The notes beneath the pieces are model-generated. The model was not told where the DNA came from. It did not search any database and saw only the letters and a program-made list of their open reading frames with translations. The position numbers were made by a program, and so were the translations under genes. From Rhynchobatus australiae (taxonomy: Eukaryota), in assembly GCA_034780895.1 (NCBI GenBank), contig JAUZTB010000068.1:21215964-21279963 (forward strand): a stretch of 64,000 nucleotides of DNA, read 5' to 3'. Below, piece after piece: positions 52,660 through 61,626 of the stretch. Numbering within the stretch: position 1 is the stretch's first letter; each line of letters starts with the position of its first letter.

Positions 52660-53890
52660 TAGTGGTGTCACCCATTGACCAAATAATCAACTTAACTATC
52701 CACACTAAATCCTGTGGCTGGCAGAGTAGGTCTCCAGCTGAGACCCACACCATCAGAGAAGCCAATCTTCAATTTACTCCATGGAATGTCTGCTTGACAT
52801 CGTGGAAAATTGCCCAGGAATGTCCAGTTCACAAAAAGCAGACCAAATCCATTCTGGTTCATTACTGCAATCTGTCTACTCTCAATCAATGTGAAGGAAA
52901 ATATGATTGTCAATACTATCCAGCAGTACTCACTCACCAATAAGCTGCTTGCCAATGGCCAGTCTGGGTTTCTTTCGTTATCACTTGGCTCCAGTTCTCA
53001 TCACAGCCTTGGTCCAAGCATGGACCAAAGAGGTAGATTCCAGAGATTAGACCAGAGTGACTGCCCTTGATGTCAAGGCAGCATTTGACTGAGTGTGGCA
53101 GCAAAGAGTGCTGGTAAGACTGGTTAACGAGGAAAACAGTCCATTGACTGGAGTCATCCTCAAGTAAATGAAGATGACTGTGGTAGCTGGAGGTCAATCA
53201 TTTAAGGTCAATCATCACTGCAGGAGATCCTCGGGGGTGGGGGGGGTGTAACACAATATTCAATTTCATTCACAACTCTTCAGCAAATGAAATGGTTCAC
53301 GCCTGCATGCAGTAAGACTTAGACAACATTCTGGCATGGGCTAACAAGTAGCAAATAGCATATGGGTCACCTGTCAGGCAAAGAGTACCTCCAACAAGGA
53401 AGAATCTAACCACCTACCTTTGATGAACAAACACCAATTTGCCCCCACCATCAACACCTTGGGGCAAGTGATCACTGTTAACCAAAATCTCAACTGAACA
53501 GCCAGATAAGCAAGTACCATGGCTATGCATGCAGGTCAGAAACTGAGTGTCGTATGGCAAATGTCTCACCTCTTGACTCCCTGTCTACACAGCAGATGTG
53601 AAGAGCGTGATGGGATACTTGCCCGGTTGAGTGCAATTCCTAATAAGTGTAGCACCACCCAGGCAAAGTAGCCAGCTTGACTGGCAGCCCATCCACTAAG
53701 ATAAGCATTCATTCTCTGGTGCACAGTGACCATAGAGTGCACCACCTACAAAATGCTTTGCAGTTACTCACTTGGGCTCCTTTGACAGCACCTCCCAAAC
53801 CTCCCAACCTCTACCACTGAGGATGACAAGGACAGCTTGTGCCTGGGAACAGCACCACCAACAGTTTCCCCTCCAAGTCACAAACTATTA
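52660..53890 (+). mobile_element. LINE relic (CR1/L2 superfamily, second family)
   Basis: WKIAQ-x-CPVHKKQ, LL-x-x-x-Q-x-GF and ALDVKAAFD-x-VW motifs; 3' part matches ~6390-6660. Confidence 0.75.
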
Positions 53891-54826
53891 TGGAATGCAC
53901 AAGGATTGACCTATTGGATGAGTTCTGGGAAGCAAGGGAGGAGATAGTTGCGACCCTGAGGGAGATTTTTGCATCTCTTTGTTAGCCAGAGGTGAAGTCC
54001 CAAAAGGCTGGAGGATAGCTAATGTGGTTCCGTTATTGAAGAGGTGCGAGGTGATGCATTTTGGGAAGTAAAATAGGGAGTGGCATACATATGGTAAATT
54101 GTAAGGCACTAAGGAATGCTGATGAACAAAGGGACCTTAGGGTTCAAGTCCACGGTTCTTGTAAAATATCAACACAGATGGAGAGGCTGGTGAAGAAGGC
54201 ATTTGGCATGCTTGCTTTTATACGTCAGGGCATAGAATATAAAAGTTGGGATGTTGTTGTGTAAGTTTACCAAACACTGGTCAGAGCTCACTTGGAGTAT
54301 TGCGTGCAGTTCTGGTTGCCACACTACAAGAAGAATGTGGTTGTGCTGGAGAGAAGGCAGAGGAGATTCAGCAGGATGTTGCTCTTTAGTTATATGAAGA
54401 GATTGGATAAACTGGGTTCATTTTCCCTGGAGTGAAAGAGGCTGGGGGGTGGCCTGACAGTAGAATATAAAATTATAAGAGACATAGGTAGGGTAGATGA
54501 TCAGAATCCTTTTCCAAAAGTAGGGGTATCAAAAGCAAGACGGCTTAGGTTTAAGGTGGGAGGAAGGGAATTAAAAGGGGATTTGAGGGGAATGTTTTTT
54601 TTTAAAAAAAGAGAATGGTTGATATTTTGAACTCACTGCCAGAGGAACAGATGGAGTCAGATACAATCACCACATTTTAGAGACATTTAGACAAGCAATT
54701 AAATAAGCAGTGTACAGAAGAATACAGGCCTAAGGTGGACAAATGGAATTAGTGTATTTAGGCCAAAAGATTGGCAAAGATGTGATGAGCTGAAGGGCTT
54801 GCTTCTGTGTTGTACAACTTTATGAC
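53891..54826 (+). mobile_element. CR1 LINE with a large internal deletion, nested in the preceding LINE
   Basis: WRIANVVPLLK joined directly to CEVMHFG; then KAFGMLAFI, LEYCVQFW-x-PHY and the 3' UTR gagctgaagggcttgcttctgtgttgt. Confidence 0.85.
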
Positions 54827-55209
54827 CAATTTGGAAATATATCACTGGTCTGTTTAGGTGTAAGCATTAGGTACTAAGTATGGGTTAGCTAAACCCAAAT
54901 CCAAATCCAAATCCCAGAAGATGAATAAGAATAAAATGATTGGTATTCTGCAGTGAATGGGTTCATCTCCCAACCAATTAACACCTCTTCATCACCCACA
55001 AAGTGCAAAAATATTTAAGAAACTCACTCTATCCAGGACAGAGCAATCTGCTTAATTATCTCCTCATTCACAATCTTTGCCATCCACCCACCACCAGCAT
55101 CCAGTCGCAGTCATGTTTATCATCAATATTGCAGCAACTTGCCAAAATTTCTTTGACTATACTCATGACCTGTTCTAACGAGGTGGGCAATGGCTGCAGG
55201 TGCAAGAGA

Positions 55210-55425
55210 AAACACAATCTCCAAGTTTCACACCATCTTCGCGTTCCATTATTGTTGCTGAGAAAATGTGCTGCACTCTCTAATGGCCCTCTCTAAGTAT
55301 CTTCATCAATAGAATGCAACAGTTAGAGAAGGTGGTACACCACTGGATGCTCAAACAATGAGTGAAGAGTAACGTTGGCCTTACCAGCTACAACTCTATC
55401 TGGTGAATGAATACAAAACAAAAGG
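55210..55425 (+). mobile_element. Decayed LINE 3' end (second family)
   Basis: Resembles ~6640-6860, including gttggccttaccagc...gaatgaatacaaaac. Confidence 0.5.
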
Positions 55426-55744
55426 TTTGTTAAATCAGATTACCAGAAATATTTTTAACAATCAAACATACGCCTGCCTGCATCTGCACATTAAGATTCA
55501 AGTCATACATACAAATCATCAAAATGTTGGGTCTGAACCCTGACTTGTAATCTGATGTATGCACTTGTAGACTTCAGAGCTACTGAATAAGCAATCTTTA
55601 TACAATATAAATCTAAATAATCCTTATTTCAGTATTGAAATATTAACCTATTATTGTCTGAAATAATCATGACAGCCAATTGTGCATTTGTTTTCTCCCA
55701 TTATACCTTTCACTGTTAGGTTACTGAAATTTTGAGCATGATGC

Positions 55745-56150
55745 TCATACAGCACAGAAACAGGCCCTTCGGCCCACATGTCCATGCTGACCATCTACAA
55801 CAATCCCATTTACCAGCACTTAGTCCATAACCTTCTTTGCCTCGGTGATTCAAGTGCTTGTCCAAATACGTTTTAAATGTTGTGAGAAAACCAGACTCCG
55901 CCACGTTTTCAGGCAGTACATTCGAGATTGCAACCACCCTCTGGGATCAGATCCCCTCTAATCCTCCCCTTAAACCTATGCCCTCTAGTTTCAGGCATCT
56001 TAGCTATGGCTAAAGTATCTCATTATCCATCCGAACTATGCCTCTTGTAACTTAGGAAATCTCCGTCAAGTTGTCCCTCAGCTTCTTCTGCTCCAAGGAA
56101 AACAAACCCAGCCAATCCAGTTTCTCCTCATAACTGAACTTGCCATCCAT
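55745..56150 (-). mobile_element. CR1 LINE 3' fragment
   Basis: acagcacagaaacaggcccttcggccc tail on the + strand; RVVAISNVLP motif on the - strand. Confidence 0.85.
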
Positions 56151-56389
56151 GTAGACAAATACATTTTCTGTTCTAAATAATCAGATGAGTAACAGGCAAC
56201 AACATAGTTGCTGCAATATTTGAGTCTTGAGGACAGCTTATGTTCCCTCCATATTATTGTAAATATATTTCACAAACACTACATTTAATACACCTTGAAA
56301 CAAGTGGCATTACAGTTTTCTTAAAACTTTCACAAATACTGCAGATGCGTTTGAAAATCCATCAAAAAGTAGAAGTTCTACATTTCTAA

Positions 56390-56395
56390 TTTATT
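56390..56395 (-). terminator. Candidate AATAAA polyadenylation signal for the unspliced KIAA0754-like transcript
   Basis: tttatt on the + strand, ~140 nt past the stop codon, with T-rich sequence downstream. The hexamer is common in AT-rich DNA. Confidence 0.35.
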
Positions 56396-56532
56396 CACAG
56401 GACACCGTAAATAAAGCTCAGTAGTTGTAAAGGTTTCTGTGTAATGCCCAAATACCTGNNNNNNNNNNCACACCCTAGAGCATCCGTACCGTGGCCGTAC
56501 ATGCCCAAATACCTGTTTTCCCAGGAAACATG

Positions 56533-59500
56533 TTAAGCATCAGACACGAAGATAAATACCTCATCATCTGTATCCAACTCTTCACTTAAAGTAGAAGACT
56601 CGAGTTTATCTGTTTTCACATTGAAGCAGTCTCCACTGGTCTCTAAAATGTTACCAAGTGGACCTGGGTCCAAGGACAATCCCCATGGACTGGATTCATT
56701 GCATTCTTCCTGCATCTCTGATTCAAATAAATACTCCAGCATTCCTGCTTCAATAAGGTCATCGTCAAGGTATGAACTGGAAACATTTTCCTGCAAATCA
56801 GCCTGCAGGCCAGATTTCCAACTTTGAGCTCTGTTTGCTTGTACTTCCACAGTTGTTTTAACAATATCCTCATCTTCGTCAGATTGGAAAAGGAACTTGA
56901 TTGCTTCAAGTAGCTGCTCAGTATCCACATCAATCAACAATACCTCATTACAACATGTAATGTTTTCAACAACCATATCGGATGCAGAATTTATTTTTGA
57001 GGTATCACTATCACATGGCTCTTCTGTAGTATCTATGTCCACTGGATGCAAAGCAACAGGGTCTATAACATCTGAGCATATTATTGCATCAGACTCTATC
57101 AAACCTTTCTGTTTATCCAACTGAAAATCAGTGAGATTGTCTTTCTGAAGCACATGAACCTCTATTGCTTCAGATTCCAATTCAAAGTTTGATAACTCTG
57201 ATTGAACATGCATTTCACTTTCTTCAAATTCAAGGCATTTACTGCTCTTAATTTCTGAAATAAAATCTTGCTCTCCTTTACCAGAATCACCAGGAAGTTT
57301 CTCCACAGCAAAGTCTTCTTCAATTACATTCGAAAATATTTCTTCCTGAGAACAGTTTGTGAGATCTACATTAGGTTTTAAAGGATAGAGAGAATAACTT
57401 GTAGCAGGTGGCTCAACAACCATTTCACATTCTTCTAACTGGACCCAAGCTGCCTGAATATCCTTGATCTCCACCACATTGTGCAATGTTGCCATCTGCT
57501 GAGCACAATGTGAGAGATCTAGACAAGATGCTTCAATGGAGTCTGTTGAACAATTTTCAATAACAAAATGTTCATTTGATTGGACAAAGTTTGTCTGCAT
57601 ATCTTGATTTTCCTCAACAGTAGGCAACATGACCACTTCCTGAGCATAACAAGCAAGACTTAAATCTGATGTTGTACATGGATCTGCTGTTAGACACAGA
57701 GCAATTGCTTCATATTCTTCTATGTGAATAGAGTTTAGTTGGTCATGTTTTATAACAGTATTAAGCAGTCCACATCCATCAATTAAGGCTTCTGATTCAA
57801 TACCTGTAGTTCCTGTCGCAAATACAGTTTCTTCATCATTGTTAATGTTTTCAATGTGCACCTCATCTTCATCGATCATACTTTCTTCAGAGGCATCATG
57901 ACCGATTTTTAAATTACAGTCCTCTTTAGATACACTTGTAACCTCTTGCTGATTTACACTGGCACCAAGATTAGCTTCACATTCTTGCAGAAGGGTACAC
58001 TCAGATATCTCTTTCCGATCAGTGTTATTTTTCCAATCTGTACAAGTTGTTGATCTTTGTTCAGTTGTAGTCATTCTCCTGTGTTGCTGTTTACTTTCTA
58101 ACTCTTCAAAGATTTTCTCTTCCTCCGAACTCCTATTAACTGGAGTGCTTTGAAAAGCTACAAGCTCTTTATCCCCTTCTATTAACATGTCAGTTTCCAT
58201 TATTTTATCTCTACCCATTACTCTTTTCTCTTCTTGTTCAAACCGCAAAGAATTTGAACCTCCTTCTGTGCTTGCCAGCATTACAGCATCTAGCTGCTGA
58301 AACACCGATTCTTCATAGAGAACTTTGCTGTCTTCAATCATCTTTCGCTCTTCTTCTTCAAACTCTAGGAGGGAGTCAGCATCTCCTCCACTGCTTTCCA
58401 AGGTTACAGCTTCCAACTGAAGTGCAGACTCTTCAAAATGGAATTTTACATCTTCAGCCTGGCTTTGCTCTTCTTCAAATCGTGTAAGAGAGTCTGTATT
58501 TCTCTCTGTATTTTCCAAGATGACAGCATCTAGATGCTGAAGTGCTGATCTTTCATCCAGAAATTCTGCGTCTTCGATCAGTCTTTGATCTTCTTCTTCA
58601 AACTGCATCCTCACATTGAATCCCTCTGTGTTTTCCAAAATGGCAGCATTGAGTTGCTGAAATGCCAACTCATCATAAAATTCTCTGTCTTCAATCAGGC
58701 TTCGCTCTATTTCTTCAAACTGTATCAGAGAATCTGTGTCCCCCTCTGTCTCCCTCAAGGCTGCAGCATCTAGATGAAGTGATTCTTTAGAAATACATCC
58801 TTGATCTTCAACAGGGTTTCTATTATGTTTAAATTGTATTAGAGATTCAGTATCTGCCTGCATAGTTTCTATTAGAGCATGCTGTGGAAATGGTTTCTTT
58901 CCAGGTTCCACATCAATCAGTTTTTGTCCTTCTTTGAATCTTGGCATAAGCGTATCATCTACATTTTTAATGAATACACCATCTAGCTGTTGAAGTGCTA
59001 CATCTTCCATGAGGTCTTTTTCCTCAGTCATTCTTCGCTCTTCTTGCTCGAACTGTAATAAGGAATCAGTGTCTTCCTCTCTGCCTTCCAGGATTATAGC
59101 ATCTAATTGCTGAAGCGCTAATTCTTCACTTAGAAATTCTGAAGCAAAAAGCATTTCTTCAGTTTCACACTGTTGCACCGTTTCAAGATTTACATGGCAT
59201 TTACATTCTGCTTCATAATTCTGTTCATTAAATTCAGCTGTAAGCTCTTGAATATCTAGTTNNNNNNNNNNNNNNNNNNNNNNNNNNNNNNNNNNNNNNN
59301 NNNNNNNNNNNNNNNNNNNNNNNNNNNNNNNNNNNNNNNNNNNNNNNNNNNNNNNNNNNNNTAGTTTGGTTGCACCAGAATCCAACACCCCTCGGCATTC
59401 TATAGATGTAACTTTCCTTTCTTGTGCCAGATCATTTGTCCTCTTATGCAGAAACGAGGCATCTTCCAACATCCCTTTGGCCTTGAATGCTCTCGGCCAT

Positions 59501-60276
59501 GTTGCAGATATACTCGTGTGATGCTCCGGTAAAAATCTTGTCACCTCCAGTACATTTTTGTACTCCATTAATGGAACACTTTCACTTTCTGAACTTTGAG
59601 ATAAAACTGCAGCAGCTTTCAATTTATTTTCTGCTCCTTGCTGAAAGGCCAGGGTTCCTGCAGATTTGTTTTCATTTTTTAATGCTGATTTAACTATGAC
59701 TAGTTCTTTTTCAGGAGATAGATTAGGACTTTCAACAGGCAAGTGGCTAGAATGCCTCTTCTCTTTAACTGAATTAGAACTACCTGTAGGCTCACTTGCT
59801 GAGTTCTCTGTTCTTTCTGTGAAGTCTGGGAAGTTTGGAGGCAGGAAAGCTTTCCAGGACCTCCTGTTTGTGTTTTCTTTCCTCTCTACGTGGGGTCTCC
59901 TCTTTGGTGGACCAGAGGACCGAATAACATCACTGCTCAGTTTTAATGCATCAAATATGAGTCTTTCGTCTAATTTTTTACTTTCAGAACTAGTCCGTGT
60001 TTCAAATACATTTGATGTAGTGGGAGTTCCATTACTTGATAAAGTGCTAGTATCTACAGCTCTCTGGCTTTGCGAATGTGTGTGATCAACAAAACTTCTT
60101 GATGGCTGGTTAGCCTTTGTCCCAAGGTCTATCTGTTCATTAATTCTCATAGTGTCATATATGGATCTTTGTGGAATGTAACAATCTTCAATGTACATAT
60201 CATCCTCTTCACTTTTTCTTAAACAGGTGGGATTATTACGTCTCAAACAGTCTGGCCTGCTGAGTGGCTTCCCCAT
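56533..60276 (-). CDS. KIAA0754: KIAA0754-like intronless ORF, also a candidate giant alternative first coding exon of MACF1 (up to 1247 aa, acidic)
   Basis: The N-terminus (MGKPLSRPDCLRR, YIEDCYIPQRSIYDTMRINEQID, KKLDERLIFDALKLSSDV, NRRSWK, SATWPRA) matches human KIAA0754 as I recall it, which is nested in MACF1. Kozak context attATGG. One 100-N gap at 59262-59361. Internal donor GAG|gtattt at 56560/56559. Confidence 0.88.
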   Translation of the reverse strand: MGKPLSRPDCLRRNNPTCLRKSEEDDMYIEDCYIPQRSIYDTMRINEQIDLGTKANQPSRSFVDHTHSQSQRAVDTSTLSSNGTPTTSNVFETRTSSESKKLDERLIFDALKLSSDVIRSSGPPKRRPHVERKENTNRRSWKAFLPPNFPDFTERTENSASEPTGSSNSVKEKRHSSHLPVESPNLSPEKELVIVKSALKNENKSAGTLAFQQGAENKLKAAAVLSQSSESESVPLMEYKNVLEVTRFLPEHHTSISATWPRAFKAKGMLEDASFLHKRTNDLAQERKVTSIECRGVLDSGATKLXXXXXXXXXXXXXXXXXXXXXXXXXXXXXXXXXXLDIQELTAEFNEQNYEAECKCHVNLETVQQCETEEMLFASEFLSEELALQQLDAIILEGREEDTDSLLQFEQEERRMTEEKDLMEDVALQQLDGVFIKNVDDTLMPRFKEGQKLIDVEPGKKPFPQHALIETMQADTESLIQFKHNRNPVEDQGCISKESLHLDAAALRETEGDTDSLIQFEEIERSLIEDREFYDELAFQQLNAAILENTEGFNVRMQFEEEDQRLIEDAEFLDERSALQHLDAVILENTERNTDSLTRFEEEQSQAEDVKFHFEESALQLEAVTLESSGGDADSLLEFEEEERKMIEDSKVLYEESVFQQLDAVMLASTEGGSNSLRFEQEEKRVMGRDKIMETDMLIEGDKELVAFQSTPVNRSSEEEKIFEELESKQQHRRMTTTEQRSTTCTDWKNNTDRKEISECTLLQECEANLGASVNQQEVTSVSKEDCNLKIGHDASEESMIDEDEVHIENINNDEETVFATGTTGIESEALIDGCGLLNTVIKHDQLNSIHIEEYEAIALCLTADPCTTSDLSLACYAQEVVMLPTVEENQDMQTNFVQSNEHFVIENCSTDSIEASCLDLSHCAQQMATLHNVVEIKDIQAAWVQLEECEMVVEPPATSYSLYPLKPNVDLTNCSQEEIFSNVIEEDFAVEKLPGDSGKGEQDFISEIKSSKCLEFEESEMHVQSELSNFELESEAIEVHVLQKDNLTDFQLDKQKGLIESDAIICSDVIDPVALHPVDIDTTEEPCDSDTSKINSASDMVVENITCCNEVLLIDVDTEQLLEAIKFLFQSDEDEDIVKTTVEVQANRAQSWKSGLQADLQENVSSSYLDDDLIEAGMLEYLFESEMQEECNESSPWGLSLDPGPLGNILETSGDCFNVKTDKLESSTLSEELDTDDEVFIFVSDA
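58215..59135 (-). repeat. Coding tandem repeat, about 8 units of ~120 nt (~40 aa)
   Basis: Recurring (A)LQQLDA-x-LE-x-DTDSL-x-FEEEE unit; anchor positions 58286, 58409, 58526, 58646, 58766, ~58979, 59099. Confidence 0.85.
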
Positions 60277-61604
60277 AATTATATCGGAAATTCAAAAATC
60301 CACAGAGAAAAGATAGATCAATTTTTTTTTTAAACAGTTAATGAACTGTATTCCAAATCCAAAATAGAAGTGTGTACGTATATTTTAATTCAAAAGACAC
60401 TCTGTAACATTTAGATATTCCAGCAACATATTACTCACTTGTCATATCAATGAAGCTCAGGCATTTTATAAAATCATTCCACGAAAAACAGCCAGATCAC
60501 ATTTGTGCATTCAAGTCAGATTCTTTCAAGTTTTCTGTTCAAATGCATCATGGCTGATAAGAATAAGGTATTTCAATTGCTGTATTCCAACTCTGTGCAA
60601 ATTCCTTTCATTTTAACCACAAACTACAATGCCCAAATACCCGGCTGCTGCAAGAGAGGCAGTCCTTGAAATTCCACATGTTTTCTTTTGAAAAGTGATT
60701 CTTGGCGGATATTCCGGCAGATTCAAAGACAGGAAGTTCTTCAATCAGTGGAGCTTCAGCTGCTTCCTTTCTTAGCAACATCATGGCATTTTTTAAAACT
60801 GTGCAACTTCAGAACAATGACTAAAAGTTTCCAGATGAGCTTTTCTTTAAAGAGAATATTGTTCATTTATTACTTATAAATCAATCCTTTTCAGGTTGAA
60901 GATATTTGGCATGATCCTGCAATTCCAGTCATTGCACAAGTTTACACTGTTTAACTCCAACTTAAAATGCACTGGTGCCTAACAGCACAGATCCTCATCC
61001 AACAAGGTTCACTTATTTATTTATTCCTGTTTTAATCCAGGTAATTTTTTTCTTAAATCTCCAGATGTTGGGAAAAAATTCCTTTCTCTTCAGTTTATGA
61101 ACAGTAACAACCAGCTGCGAGAGGTATGACTGACTTAATTTTCTTGAAAAACGTTGTGTCCAGCTGTCACATTGTGCAAGGCAAACTTTTACTGTTGAAC
61201 AAAAGAGTGTTGAGAGCTTCCACGTTCTAACCAGCTTTTCCAAAAATCCCAGGGCAGCTCCTTCCTTAGCATGTGCTGTCTAAAGAAAGTTAGCACGACT
61301 GGTTGGCTCATGGGCAATCTAAAGCTGCTGTGATTAATCCCATAGCCTACGTCAGCTTCTGTGGCTAATTAGATGCAGTTACGCTTTCTCAGCCACAAAG
61401 AATCCTGTAGCAGCCCTGTCAACTTTCCAGAACTTAGGTAGAGGTTAAAAAGAGTTTTAAACACTTACTTCTTTTATTTGATTGTAAAACTGCCACAGGA
61501 TCTTAAGCAGTACTCTAGGCAAATGGTTTCCACTGCAGTTTTTTCTCTCAACCGACTTCAGTGTCTCCCTGCTGTACAGACAAAGAAACGCCCTTTTTTG
61601 GTCG

Positions 61605-61626
61605 CTCTCTCTCTCTCTCTCTCTCT
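61605..61626. repeat. (CT)11 microsatellite
   Basis: Seen directly. Confidence 0.95.

Noticed and set aside
59666-60085. 139-aa + strand ORF, and other + strand ORFs overlapping MACF1 exons
   Set aside because: Antisense shadows of real coding sequence.
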